Origin: Candidatus Kaiserbacteria bacterium
GTDB taxonomy: Bacteria > Patescibacteriota > Minisyncoccia > Phycocordibacterales > UBA2100
Assembly (NCBI GenBank): GCA_027083345.1
Contig: JALWOZ010000008.1
Coordinates: forward strand, 5,006 to 69,005
DNA: 64,000 nt
Direction: 5' to 3'
The position numbers and the translations under genes were made by a program. Shown in pieces: positions 47,548 through 58,202 of the stretch. Each line of letters starts with the position of its first letter. The stretch's first letter is position 1. The notes below the pieces were generated by a model. It worked only from the letters and a program-made list of their open reading frames with translations. It ran no database searches and was not told where the DNA came from.

Positions 47548-48795
47548 ATGTTACAAAAAATAAAAAAGAGAGTAGCATCTATAGATGTAGAGACTATTTA
47601 TTTAGCTAAGGGAGGTTTTTGGCTTATGATGGCCAAAAGCTCTAGTGCTTTAAGCTCTTTAATCGTTACTATTGTATTAACAAACTTACTCCCTAAAGAA
47701 GAGTTCGGGCAATACACTTTTATATTATCCGTGGTAGCCATAATCACCATCTTCACGTTACCGGGTATGGGTACTGCTATCATCCGTTATAAAGCATTGA
47801 GTCATGACTTAAACTTACAAAAAATAGCTAAGTCTAAAATATTGTATGGACTACTAGGTTCCGTCGTTAGTCTACTCGGTGCTTTTTATTATTATTTACA
47901 TGACAACAATCTAACCCTCACTTATGCATTTATCATTACAGCAATATTCATCCCTCTATATGAGGCATTTTTTATATACTCTTTTTATTATAAAGGATGC
48001 AAAAACTTCAAAACTCCAGCCATATACGAATCCATTTCTAAGGTGGCACAAGCAATAATAATGCTGACAACAATTCTATTAACGAAGTCTATCCTAGCAC
48101 TTCTGTTCTCCTTCTTTTTGGGTATAACCATAACAAGATTATTCTTTTATAAAAAGATGATTAAGTCAACATACGCGAGACACGATGATAACTCTAGTAT
48201 AGAAGTAATCAAATATGGTAAGTACCTCACCCTTATAGCTATATTTGGGATTATATTAGCTAATTTAGATAAGTTATTGCTTTGGCACTACTTTGGCGCA
48301 GAGTCTACGGCAATATATGCCATTGCCATATTAATACCAACTACTCTATCAATACCTATAGAATTACTTGCCCAAGTTTTATTTCCTAAATTATCTAATC
48401 TCAAACTATACAATAAGGCAACTTTACACAAAACTCTAAAAGAGATGCTCAAATTATCTAGTTTGTCATTGTTAATACCGATATTTTATATACCTACTGC
48501 ACCACTATTTTTTAAACTATTATTCCCCTCATATACTGAGAGTATCTTACAAACTCAGATCATGGCGTTGCTCGTACCCTTGCTTGTATTAAATGCCTTC
48601 ATGTGGAATTTATTATTAGCACAAAAAAAGACAAGATACATGCCATCTATTTTAATCATTGGCATAATTATACAACTGTTGACTTTCTTTATCTTTAAAG
48701 ATTATCTAGATACTTTTGTTATCTACCTTATGATCGGCGTATACAACATTGCAATAATATCATCCTCATACTTAGCCATGAGGTACGCAGAGTAA
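47548..48795 (+). CDS. Polysaccharide/oligosaccharide flippase (Wzx / MOP superfamily)
   Basis: ~12 TM helices across 415 aa; sits at the head of the glycosyltransferase cluster. Confidence 0.5.
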   Translation: MLQKIKKRVASIDVETIYLAKGGFWLMMAKSSSALSSLIVTIVLTNLLPKEEFGQYTFILSVVAIITIFTLPGMGTAIIRYKALSHDLNLQKIAKSKILYGLLGSVVSLLGAFYYYLHDNNLTLTYAFIITAIFIPLYEAFFIYSFYYKGCKNFKTPAIYESISKVAQAIIMLTTILLTKSILALLFSFFLGITITRLFFYKKMIKSTYARHDDNSSIEVIKYGKYLTLIAIFGIILANLDKLLLWHYFGAESTAIYAIAILIPTTLSIPIELLAQVLFPKLSNLKLYNKATLHKTLKEMLKLSSLSLLIPIFYIPTAPLFFKLLFPSYTESILQTQIMALLVPLLVLNAFMWNLLLAQKKTRYMPSILIIGIIIQLLTFFIFKDYLDTFVIYLMIGVYNIAIISSSYLAMRYAE

Positions 48796-49632
48796 GTCTG
48801 CTTGTGCACTCTTTATTAATAATTCTTTTATAAAACTTTCTTTATTGTCTATTAGACATCTAGATCTTGCATCAAGAATATTATATCCCAAATCAGTTAT
48901 CATTTGTAATAAACTTAGACTACTGCCCGGTACTTGACCTTCATATAAGACAGGGGAAAATTCAAATATAATAATTGGCATATCTCTTTTTATAATTTCT
49001 TGAGCTCCTTTAAACACTTCCACCTCGAATCCTTCTGTATCTATTTTTATTAAATCAACTTTCTCTTTTATAAACTCAAAATCTAATGTACTCACATTAA
49101 TGTCAATCGACTCATAACTATCATTATGCAATTTGATACTTGAAGCTCCTATATTACCTCTAACTAGATTAATTTTTGCTATTGCATTTTGAGCACCACA
49201 GGCCTTATTCCTAATCTCTATATTCTCAATATTATTGCGTTCTATACTTAAAGAAAATTGCTTATGTAAAAAATCAATAGGCTCAAAAGACACTACCTTC
49301 TCACATAATCTTGAAGCATATAAAGAGAAAAATCCTATATTAGCTCCAACATCAACAAAGACAGATTCTGAGGTAAGGTGCTCCTTTAAGAGCCTCAATA
49401 TATGCTCGTCCCAAGTGCCGTTTGTGTATATAAAGTCATCTACTAACCCGTTCTTATGTGAGAGCAGTATATCAAATTCTATACCATCAATGTTAATCTT
49501 CTTAAAACCCTCACTATACCCAATCTCCTCCGGTTTAACATTAAAATATTTAATAAACCTAAATATACTAATAACAAATCGTGATACAGGTACTGGCAAC
49601 AATAATAGTATCTTTATATATACATCTTTCAT
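48772..49632 (-). CDS. FkbM-family methyltransferase
   Basis: FVDVGANIGFFSLYAS (SAM-binding motif of the FkbM family). Confidence 0.65.
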   Translation of the reverse strand: MKDVYIKILLLLPVPVSRFVISIFRFIKYFNVKPEEIGYSEGFKKINIDGIEFDILLSHKNGLVDDFIYTNGTWDEHILRLLKEHLTSESVFVDVGANIGFFSLYASRLCEKVVSFEPIDFLHKQFSLSIERNNIENIEIRNKACGAQNAIAKINLVRGNIGASSIKLHNDSYESIDINVSTLDFEFIKEKVDLIKIDTEGFEVEVFKGAQEIIKRDMPIIIFEFSPVLYEGQVPGSSLSLLQMITDLGYNILDARSRCLIDNKESFIKELLIKSAQADLLCVPHG

Positions 49633-49653
49633 TCAGAGTAGTATACTTAAGAT

Positions 49654-50346
49654 ATGCAAAAGATACCAGAGACTATACATTATTGTTGGTTCGGCAAACA
49701 ACAAAAACCAAAAATATTCTTAAAGTGCCTGGCATCTTGGAACAAATACTGCCCACATTATAAGATCATAGAATGGAATGAGAGCAACTTTGACGTAAAT
49801 GCACACTCCTATACAAAAAAAGCATACAATGAGGGAAGGTGGGCCTTTGTCTCTGATTATGCAAGGATTAAAATCTTAAATACATATGGAGGCATATATT
49901 TAGATACCGATGTGGAACTTATAAAACCTGTAGATCCACTACTCTTAAGCGCCACTTTTTTAGGATTTGAAACTAAAACAATAGTAAACACAGCCATAGT
50001 AGGTGCTATAAAAGATAATGCTTTCTTAAAAGATATCTTACAAATATATGACAATCTTACAGAATTTGAGACTATACCAAATATAGTAACCAGAGTATTA
50101 AATACTTATGGATTAAAAGAATATAAAAAACAGATAATTAATAATGTATCTATTTATCCAACAGAATACTTCTACCCCACCCCATTTGGAGAAAGATTCT
50201 CAAAAGACAAAATTACCAAAAATACTTATACTATACATTGGTGGGATTACTCATGGGGCTCAACCACTTCCAGACTATTTAATAAATTGGGTATACTAAA
50301 CACTAGTATACAATTTAAAAAATATATCAAACATTTAATAAAATGA
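49654..50346 (+). CDS. Glycosyltransferase, GT32-like (DXD sugar-binding region)
   Basis: IHYCWFGKQQKP... and FVSDYARIKILNTYGGIYLDTDVEL match the Gly_transf_sug / OCH1-like pattern. Confidence 0.65.
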   Translation: MQKIPETIHYCWFGKQQKPKIFLKCLASWNKYCPHYKIIEWNESNFDVNAHSYTKKAYNEGRWAFVSDYARIKILNTYGGIYLDTDVELIKPVDPLLLSATFLGFETKTIVNTAIVGAIKDNAFLKDILQIYDNLTEFETIPNIVTRVLNTYGLKEYKKQIINNVSIYPTEYFYPTPFGERFSKDKITKNTYTIHWWDYSWGSTTSRLFNKLGILNTSIQFKKYIKHLIK

Positions 50347-51188
50347 GTAGAGAAAGCATAAAATTTAGTATAATCACGCCAACTTATAATAGGCTCGAGC
50401 TTATAAAACAAAGTATTGACTCTGTATTAGCGCAAACCTACTCAAACTGGGAGATGATTATCGTAGATGATAGCACTGATAATAAATTATATAATTCAGA
50501 TTGGATTAAAAATCTGGACGAAAGAATCATATATTTGAAAAATAAGCAAAATATGGGAGCCAATTATTCTCGCAATAGGGCGCTAGACAATATAAGCGGT
50601 GAATTTGTGATATTACTAGACGATGATGACAAACTAGACCCTAACTGCCTAAAACATGCATATGAGACCATATTAAAAAATAACAACTACTCTTGGTATT
50701 TATCTAACAAAATATATGAAGATGGAAAGTGTGTTACCTATGTAGAAAAATATGGCAGAGCTTATGCATATGTTTTAGATTACTTACTAGGTAGTAAGAT
50801 AGCAGGAGACCATACAGCGTGTATAAGAGCTAACTCTATAAAGAATATAAGATTCCCACATGACGTGAAAAATGGAGGAGAATGGGAATTTTTTGCTAAA
50901 TTAGGCAATAAGTATAAAATCTTTACTTACGACTTCCCCTCCACAACCGTGAGATATTTGGAAGATGGTCTAAGTAAGAATCTAAATACGAGCATCTTTC
51001 TACTCAAAACTAAACTGAGAATGCTCAAATTATTACCCAAAATAGAACCTAAAACCCCAATGCTATTTTTATACATAACCACTATATTATCTGTACCCCC
51101 TATAATATATCTATATGACTTAACAAAAAAGATACTGCACAAAACAAAGTTACTCCTACCTCTTAAAAAACTTCTTACCAGTAGATAA
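50343..51188 (+). CDS. Glycosyltransferase family 2
   Basis: FSIITPTYNR...IIVDDSTDN...LLDDDD. Confidence 0.75.
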   Translation: MSRESIKFSIITPTYNRLELIKQSIDSVLAQTYSNWEMIIVDDSTDNKLYNSDWIKNLDERIIYLKNKQNMGANYSRNRALDNISGEFVILLDDDDKLDPNCLKHAYETILKNNNYSWYLSNKIYEDGKCVTYVEKYGRAYAYVLDYLLGSKIAGDHTACIRANSIKNIRFPHDVKNGGEWEFFAKLGNKYKIFTYDFPSTTVRYLEDGLSKNLNTSIFLLKTKLRMLKLLPKIEPKTPMLFLYITTILSVPPIIYLYDLTKKILHKTKLLLPLKKLLTSR

Positions 51189-52142
51189 AACTTTATTAGG
51201 ATCTTCTATGTCATTTAATAAATCTGGATACTTTACCTGAGCCTCTCTCCAACTTATTAAAAGAGGGTTATACAGATTATTTTTCACCTTTTGCGCTTGT
51301 TTTGAGGTTAAGCCCTCCAAAGAGCTTACGCCTCTATCAACCTTAACTCCTTTTAAATGATAAAATAACACCCCCAAAGACCTGCGAGTAAAGTACATAA
51401 GCAATGGCAAATGTAGAGACTCACAATTATTTCTATGTGTAAAATAAACTCCTCTAACTACAGGGAAGAAGCCACAATCATACCCTGCCGTAAACGGAGC
51501 TTTAGAATTAACAGTTAACTCACCTTCTGCAGAGGTAAACAAATTAACACCGTAGAAATATAGCATCTTCTTGTTCTTCCATCTCTTAACTCTCTCTACG
51601 GCATTATGAAATTTATCAGATATGGCTATATGATCCGCATCAATCTTAACAACTATCTTCTTTGAGGTCTTAGCCAAAGCATAATTATAATAGTTAACCA
51701 AACTATGTGGAGACCAAGACGGTGTTAAAAGGTGCTCTTTAGACAAAGCCGGATAAACTTTAGGTTTATATTCATATACATAAACCTTGTCTTTGTACTT
51801 ATTGGCCAATTCTTCTGCTATCTTAGGGGTAGAATCTTGACAATCATTATAAACTATAACCACCTCATCTAAATAATCTATATGCGACTCCACAGACAAT
51901 GCTAGTAGATCTGCCTCATTACGCACACGATACATCCCTGAGATACCTATACTCCTATCTTTTTTATATAAACTTCTCTTATTTATAACAAAATCTTTAT
52001 AATCAACTTTAACTTGTGTTTGCCTTATAAAAAATACTATGTTAACAGCTCTACTACAAAACTTATACACATTCTCAACTATCAATCGTATTGCAAAACG
52101 CGTTACTTCTATTAAAAATCTCATAATAAGAGTATAATGCAA
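51156..52142 (-). CDS. Putative glycosyltransferase (GT2-like fold, tentative)
   Basis: VRNEADLL...LDEVVIVYNDCQDST resembles a GT-A N-terminal region; weak. Confidence 0.35.
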   Translation of the reverse strand: MHYTLIMRFLIEVTRFAIRLIVENVYKFCSRAVNIVFFIRQTQVKVDYKDFVINKRSLYKKDRSIGISGMYRVRNEADLLALSVESHIDYLDEVVIVYNDCQDSTPKIAEELANKYKDKVYVYEYKPKVYPALSKEHLLTPSWSPHSLVNYYNYALAKTSKKIVVKIDADHIAISDKFHNAVERVKRWKNKKMLYFYGVNLFTSAEGELTVNSKAPFTAGYDCGFFPVVRGVYFTHRNNCESLHLPLLMYFTRRSLGVLFYHLKGVKVDRGVSSLEGLTSKQAQKVKNNLYNPLLISWREAQVKYPDLLNDIEDPNKVLSTGKKFFKR

Positions 52143-53270
52143 TATATGAGCAAAACAATTGTTATATCAGCTAATACCGCTTGGTTTTTATTACATTTTG
52201 AGAGAGAGTTAATAATCAATCTCATACAAGATGGATACAATATACATTGCATAAGTAAATACGATAAGACCACCTTCAGAAAACTCAACAAACTTGGTTG
52301 CACCTGCCACAAAATACACATAAACCGCAAAGGTATGAGCCCTATAGAAGAGACATATACTCTCTTGCAATATCTATTACTTTATATAAAAATACGCCCA
52401 AAAGTAATACTCAGCTTCACCATAAAACCAGTTATATATAGCGGTATTATAAGTAGAATATTAAAAATAAAGACTATTAATACTATAACAGGTCTTGGTA
52501 CAGCATTTATAAATGAAGGATTACAAAAGAAGATAGTCATAACACTTTATAAATCCGCATTAAAAAAAGCAGATAAAGTGCTTGTCTTAAACAATTACGA
52601 TAAAAAAATATTTATAAAATATAAGCTATGCAATAAAGAGATTCTAAATATTATACCTGGAGCTGGTGTAGATATAAATAAATTTAAATACTCTATAAAA
52701 CCACCAAGCAGTATAATTGACTTTGTATTCATAGGTAGGATACTAAAAGACAAAGGTATCTTAGAGTTTATAGAAGCCTCAAAGAAAATACTACTTAATT
52801 ATGAAAATATAAAGGTACAGATAGTGGGTCCAATAGATACAGATAATATATCCGCAATAAATACGGAAGAGCTTGAAAATCTAATAAAAGATACAAAAAT
52901 AAAATATCTGGGAGAATCAGCGGACATATACCCCATCTTAAAACAATCTGACTGCATCGTGCTCCCATCTTATAGAGAGGGTGTGCCCACGGTATTACTT
53001 GAGGCTATGGCTACAGGCAGACCAATTATAACCACGGATGCTCCAGGTTGTACAGAGCTAGTCATTAACAACAAAAACGGATACAAAGTCCCGATTAAAG
53101 ACCCAAAAGAACTCTCAAAAGCCATGACTAAAATAATCAACCTATCAAATGCTGAGAGGGTAACTATGGGCAAATTAAACAGAGAGATTATAAAGCAAAG
53201 ATACACCAAAGAGATGGTAGTAAACGAGTATAAAAGCTTATTAAGAACGCTTTATAAAAATCTTAAATAA
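52137..53270 (+). CDS. Glycosyltransferase family 4 (GT-B)
   Basis: PSYREGVPTVLLEAMATGRPIITTDAPGCTELV (E-x7-E region). Confidence 0.8.
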   Translation: MQYMSKTIVISANTAWFLLHFERELIINLIQDGYNIHCISKYDKTTFRKLNKLGCTCHKIHINRKGMSPIEETYTLLQYLLLYIKIRPKVILSFTIKPVIYSGIISRILKIKTINTITGLGTAFINEGLQKKIVITLYKSALKKADKVLVLNNYDKKIFIKYKLCNKEILNIIPGAGVDINKFKYSIKPPSSIIDFVFIGRILKDKGILEFIEASKKILLNYENIKVQIVGPIDTDNISAINTEELENLIKDTKIKYLGESADIYPILKQSDCIVLPSYREGVPTVLLEAMATGRPIITTDAPGCTELVINNKNGYKVPIKDPKELSKAMTKIINLSNAERVTMGKLNREIIKQRYTKEMVVNEYKSLLRTLYKNLK

Positions 53271-54530
53271 TAGTAACTTTACAGTACGTATTATTATCTT
53301 TAACTCTAAAAATACAGACAAATTTTTAATATAATACAAATCATAAGCCAATCTCTCTCTACTTTCCTCTACACTTTGCGGTATGACCCCCTGACTAACT
53401 TGAGCCCACCCTGTAAGACCAGGTCTTACAATATATCTCGCATTATAATATCTAATCTTATCTGCCAACTCTCTACCAAGTTTAAACATATCTGGTCTGG
53501 GCCCTATCATAGATATATCTCCCTTTAAGACATTCCATAATTGTGGTAACTCGTCTATACGACTCCTGCGCAAAAAAGCACCAACTTTAGTTACGACAGA
53601 TGACTGATCTTTATGCCACTTACCATCATCGTCCAGAGTCATAGTCCTAAACTTGTATAACTTAAATATCTGCCTATTTTGCCCTAATCTCTCCTGTACT
53701 ACAAATACCTTACCTCCGTCTTGAAGTTTTATAGCTAAAGCAACAATTGGTAATAACAACAAATATATAGGCATAAGCAACAAAGACACGACTATATCTA
53801 GAATACGTTTAATTACTAAAAAGGTTCTAAGGTTTCTCTTTTGCAAGGCTTGCAATAACCATTCCTCATCTACATAATTAAGATTTACCCTACCTGTCCA
53901 CTCCTCATCTATTTTATTTTTATCTAAAAATACTATGCCGGAGAGCATTAGAGTGTGCAAACCTGGTAAAAGCCTAGAGAGTTGCGGACTCTTAAAATCT
54001 ATAATAACCCTATTGATGCCATTTTGGATATGAGCACTTGCAATAGAACTCAATATAAGGTTTGTGTCGCTGTTCACCGGTATTATACTAACAATATCAA
54101 ATCCTCTAGGTAAGGGCGGTGATCCCACCAATATAACAGGCAAAGATGCTACCCTTAAAATCTTATTTGTATAAAAATGACATAAAAATAATAAAGGGAA
54201 TAAAAAAGATACAAATAATACAAAAGTAATTTTAGGAGTTAGTCCAAATATTGGCAAGAAATAAAACAAAGAAATAGTTACAATCGTAAAGAAAAATAAA
54301 GTAGTGATCAACGAATTAAATACATTCTTAGCATTTGACCTAAAACCTTTACTATAAAATCCGGCCATATACAACAAAAAGCCCAGTATAAAAAACAATA
54401 AGGTAAACGATGGCAAATGCCTAAAATAAAACTCAATGTCTACAACACCTCCAACTCTTGTAGACAAAGCCAAAAACAAAGCCAAATAAAATACCACGAA
54501 ATCCGCAACAACCAAGACTATTGTATTCAT
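53241..54530 (-). CDS. Polyprenyl-phosphate sugar phosphotransferase (WbaP/bacterial sugar transferase family)
   Basis: KRILDIVVSLLLMPIYLLLLPIVALAIKLQDGGKVFVVQERLGQN...FKLYKFRTM...DELPQLWNVLKGDISMIGPRP. Confidence 0.85.
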   Translation of the reverse strand: MNTIVLVVADFVVFYLALFLALSTRVGGVVDIEFYFRHLPSFTLLFFILGFLLYMAGFYSKGFRSNAKNVFNSLITTLFFFTIVTISLFYFLPIFGLTPKITFVLFVSFLFPLLFLCHFYTNKILRVASLPVILVGSPPLPRGFDIVSIIPVNSDTNLILSSIASAHIQNGINRVIIDFKSPQLSRLLPGLHTLMLSGIVFLDKNKIDEEWTGRVNLNYVDEEWLLQALQKRNLRTFLVIKRILDIVVSLLLMPIYLLLLPIVALAIKLQDGGKVFVVQERLGQNRQIFKLYKFRTMTLDDDGKWHKDQSSVVTKVGAFLRRSRIDELPQLWNVLKGDISMIGPRPDMFKLGRELADKIRYYNARYIVRPGLTGWAQVSQGVIPQSVEESRERLAYDLYYIKNLSVFLELKIIIRTVKLLLFKIFIKRS

Positions 54531-54542
54531 ATATTGTTAAGG

Positions 54543-55331
54543 TTAGAACAAAAGTATAGCAAAGGCAAGAGCAAAACAATATGGAGCAAAAATAACCCAC
54601 CTACCCTCTATAAGTTTAAGCATATACTTTATAGAAAATATTGAAGAAGCAAAGCTGGCTACAAAAGCCAATAGCAAAGTCGACACAAAAGTTGAGGAGT
54701 CAAGCATAACTGAGCCTATGGGTAGGTCTTTAATTGTTAATATAAAAGCTCCTAATATTGTAGGTATTGCAAGTAAGAAAGAGACTCTGGCTGACTCTCG
54801 ACGAGCTATACCCACAAGCACCAAAAATGCTATAGTAAGCCCAGACCTGGAGATACCCGGCACTACCGCAAGACCCTGTATCAAACCCAACAACACAACA
54901 ACTCCCCAAGTTAGATCTCGAGCTTTTTTAGGTAAATACTCTGAAAATAAGATTAGCAAGCCCGTTATTATAAGAGTATACGCAACCATATGTGGAGTTA
55001 AATCTGCAAAGGGTAAAACCTTCTCAGTTAATAAAGCCGTCGGTACAGTCAATACAGTTGCAACACCTAACTTTAAAGCCAAGTCTGCATCCTTATTCAA
55101 TTTACGCTCTACAGTTGCACTCCAGAGACCTACCAACAACTCAGATATATCTTTCCTAAAATAAATCAACACCGCCAACAAAGATGCAACATGCAATAAA
55201 ATAGCAAGCTCTATACCTCCTTTTATACCAAAATAACTATCTAATAAAAAAGTATGCCCCGAGCTAGATATGGGTAAAAACTCCGTAACCCCTTGCACTA
55301 CTCCCATTATTATACTTTCTAAAATATTCAT
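54543..55331 (-). CDS. uppP: Undecaprenyl-diphosphatase
   Basis: GVVQGVTEFLPISSSGH N-terminal motif and 8 TM helices. Confidence 0.85.
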   Translation of the reverse strand: MNILESIIMGVVQGVTEFLPISSSGHTFLLDSYFGIKGGIELAILLHVASLLAVLIYFRKDISELLVGLWSATVERKLNKDADLALKLGVATVLTVPTALLTEKVLPFADLTPHMVAYTLIITGLLILFSEYLPKKARDLTWGVVVLLGLIQGLAVVPGISRSGLTIAFLVLVGIARRESARVSFLLAIPTILGAFILTIKDLPIGSVMLDSSTFVSTLLLAFVASFASSIFSIKYMLKLIEGRWVIFAPYCFALAFAILLF

Positions 55332-55341
55332 ATCTAATTCT

Positions 55342-57255
55342 TTATTTTACTTTTATAAGTGCATACCCATAAGCATACGGGGTTCCAAATCTAGATTCAC
55401 CATCTTTAGTTGCTCTAATATTCGTCCAGCTAGGGTTTCTTATACTTAACTCTTGTAAAGATAACTTGACATCAACTTTCTCTCCTTTTAACTCAAACTC
55501 CATCCCATCTACAGGTACTTCTACCGAGGCGCCATTGTAATCATTTACTACTTTCTCGGGATTATTTATAATACTTTTATAAATATCTCTTAGAGAAAAC
55601 TCCTCTATAAAATCTGAACCTTTATATATCCTTAAGGCTTGATTTAGTGTACCCATAATAACTCTATAAGAGTTCTTTGATGTTATTACAGGGCTCTTGA
55701 TGCCAGACACCTCCAATTGCACGTAATAATCATATCCAGATACCGATATGACACCTCCTTTATTAAATACACTATGGTAAGACACGTAACCTTGATTTTG
55801 TAAGTCTACTGTACGTTGCTGTGGGCGCACCTTCAACCTATTAGTTAGCTCTCGCATCACATCCCAATAACCATACTCGTTTGTAGCAATTAGATAATCA
55901 TTGGTAAATATATTATTCATAGACCTACACCCATTGTGAGAACATAAATATCTTATAGAACTATAGATAGTGTCGCTTAATTTTGGATCTATGTCATCAT
56001 ACTTATTTAGTGGGTGTATAATACCCTCTTGATCTAAAATATTAGCCTCAATTAAACTAGATTTTAAGTGTGATAGTTGCCTATATTTTGGATAAGCATA
56101 TACAGACCATGGCCCTATAGATATCAGAATGGTAAACAATATAAGACTCATAGGTATGACTCCCAGATATTTATTTTTAGAGAATATGAAATGTAAAGTT
56201 ATAACTGTTAACCAAATACCAAATACAACTACTAAATACCTATTTATAGTAAGATCATATTGTACGATGCGTAGAGATATAGCATAAAATAACATTATAA
56301 CCTGAGGCAAAACCAAAAATGGGAAGTATTTGCGAAAAGTCTCAGCAAAAGCAAAATCTTTAACAAAGACAAATAAAGCACTGTACACGAAGTATCCAAA
56401 TATAGAGAACACTATAACCAGCCAAGCAACCTCTCCATGTGGCCACTGAGAGAAATTAAATAAGACCTTAAGGCTATATGCGTACAATATAATTAAATAT
56501 ACAGATATGGCTGGCAAAGCCACAAACCTAACTAAAAAAGAGTAAAACTTATTATCTGTAAGAGTTTGGCCTACTCTCTTATCTGTTACCAAAGGCAAAT
56601 TGGTAAGAAAAAATATGGGAGCAAATAATACTAAAGACACATTAACCCAATGACTATATACCTTATCAAAATGTATATCAAATAAAGTTAAGATGGAGAA
56701 AAGAGCTACAGAGCCCATCACCAATGTTACTATTCCTATAACAACAGATTTTATTATGTTTATACATAATTCATATGTAAGTACATAAAACTCATTTTGG
56801 TCAACTTTCCTCTCTATTATACTCTTTACAAAAGGTGCTATAAATATGGCGGAAGAAACTCCGATCATCGTAACAACTACATATACAAAATTCTCAGTAT
56901 AAAAATCAGTTAATAAGTTATCTTCAAAAAAATAGTAAAATACTCCTCCAAATATTATAGTCAACACTTGATTGCGCCATACTGTAAAACTACTTAGTCT
57001 ATATGTCTCTGCGTGCATATATACAGCAATAGATAATAAAAACATTACCACCAAAGTAACAATACTTTTACCTATTATGCTGGCTACATAAACACTCAGA
57101 TTGTCTGAGACTATAAGATAAACAAATGCTGTAAAAGCCATCAATACAAAAACAATAGACATTGGAACTCTCTCAAATGTCTTTCTTAAGGTCTCTATAA
57201 TTATATCTACACTAAACTTTGAGTTTATTTTTTTAAATATATTAAATTTATACAT
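55342..57255 (-). CDS. Hypothetical polytopic membrane protein with ~240-aa C-terminal soluble domain
   Basis: ~12 TM helices, then a hydrophilic domain; located at the end of the glycan cluster. It may be a GT-C-type glycosyltransferase or polymerase, but I did not recognise a motif. Confidence 0.35.
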   Translation of the reverse strand: MYKFNIFKKINSKFSVDIIIETLRKTFERVPMSIVFVLMAFTAFVYLIVSDNLSVYVASIIGKSIVTLVVMFLLSIAVYMHAETYRLSSFTVWRNQVLTIIFGGVFYYFFEDNLLTDFYTENFVYVVVTMIGVSSAIFIAPFVKSIIERKVDQNEFYVLTYELCINIIKSVVIGIVTLVMGSVALFSILTLFDIHFDKVYSHWVNVSLVLFAPIFFLTNLPLVTDKRVGQTLTDNKFYSFLVRFVALPAISVYLIILYAYSLKVLFNFSQWPHGEVAWLVIVFSIFGYFVYSALFVFVKDFAFAETFRKYFPFLVLPQVIMLFYAISLRIVQYDLTINRYLVVVFGIWLTVITLHFIFSKNKYLGVIPMSLILFTILISIGPWSVYAYPKYRQLSHLKSSLIEANILDQEGIIHPLNKYDDIDPKLSDTIYSSIRYLCSHNGCRSMNNIFTNDYLIATNEYGYWDVMRELTNRLKVRPQQRTVDLQNQGYVSYHSVFNKGGVISVSGYDYYVQLEVSGIKSPVITSKNSYRVIMGTLNQALRIYKGSDFIEEFSLRDIYKSIINNPEKVVNDYNGASVEVPVDGMEFELKGEKVDVKLSLQELSIRNPSWTNIRATKDGESRFGTPYAYGYALIKVK

Positions 57256-57296
57256 AAGAAGTTTAAATTACAGTAAAGTATACTAAAATTAAGTAA

Positions 57297-57345
57297 ACTC
57301 AGCAAACAAAAACCGCACTCAATGTGCGGTTTTTGTTTGCTGAGT
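57297..57345. terminator. Perfect 22-bp stem hairpin (ACTCAGCAAACAAAAACCGCAC-tcaat-GTGCGGTTTTTGTTTGCTGAGT)
   Basis: Seen directly, 20 nt downstream of the stop of 57368..58162 (minus strand). Confidence 0.75.
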
Positions 57346-57367
57346 CTTATGCGATCTATAAACCATA

Positions 57368-58162
57368 TTAGTTTGAGCCATCTTTCTTTCTCTTCCAAAT
57401 TAAGAAGAATCCAGTAAGAACGATAAAGATACCTAACCAGTAATACCACTTCATTCCTCCATTACTACTCTTAGGATTTGCTGCGGCCGCTAACTGATCT
57501 GTAGATGTGCTTGTAGTAGCTGTCTCCGTTGTGGTAGTAGCCTCAGCAGTTGTTGTAGCTATTGTTGTTGTAGTTTTGCTCAGGCTCTTTTTACCTGTTG
57601 TATTGCCCTTAGCTCCCGTAGTTGGAGTCTTTGGCAGAGAAGGTGGAGTTATAGTAGCATCTGACTTAGGTTGAGTCGTAGGCACCACAGGTGCCGGAGC
57701 GCTCACTGTAAACACTGCACTAGGAGATGTACCGGTCTTATCTGCGTTATTATTGTCCAACAATTTAGCACTTGAAGAGACAGATACAGTAGTTTGTCCA
57801 TCTGCCTTAGCTTTAAATGTGATTGTCGCAACCTTTGTAGATGCTGTAATGCCCGGATTAAAAGCTACATTATCTACAACCGTACCTGCGGTGTTATCTG
57901 TCTTGGATCCTACGTGAGCCAAGATATTACCACCTGAGGTGGGTGTGTAAGCAGTAACCTCTAACTTACTAGCTGGGAAATTGAGCATGACTTTAGTGGC
58001 AGTAATAGTCTCACCAGCTCCGGGATTAACATACACAGAAGTTGTTATAGTATCTCCTGTATGGTAGTTACCAACAGCAGGTACGAAGGTGAAGTTAGCA
58101 GCTTGAACACTCATCGGTGCAACTATTGCCAATGCTAAGGCTATAATAAATGTCTTTTTCAT
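57368..58162 (-). CDS. Secreted cohesin-like domain protein with T/P-rich linker and C-terminal TM anchor
   Basis: Signal peptide. The ~130-aa domain FTFVPAVGNYHTGDTITTSVYVNPGAGETITATKVMLNFPASKLEVTAY...ATITFKAKADGQTTVSVSS follows the cohesin beta-sandwich pattern. C-terminal WYYWLGIFIVLTGFFLIWKRKKD. Confidence 0.5.
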   Translation of the reverse strand: MKKTFIIALALAIVAPMSVQAANFTFVPAVGNYHTGDTITTSVYVNPGAGETITATKVMLNFPASKLEVTAYTPTSGGNILAHVGSKTDNTAGTVVDNVAFNPGITASTKVATITFKAKADGQTTVSVSSSAKLLDNNNADKTGTSPSAVFTVSAPAPVVPTTQPKSDATITPPSLPKTPTTGAKGNTTGKKSLSKTTTTIATTTAEATTTTETATTSTSTDQLAAAANPKSSNGGMKWYYWLGIFIVLTGFFLIWKRKKDGSN

Positions 58163-58202
58163 AATTTTTCTTTAATTTTAATTAATCTTAATACTTTAAT
58201 AA

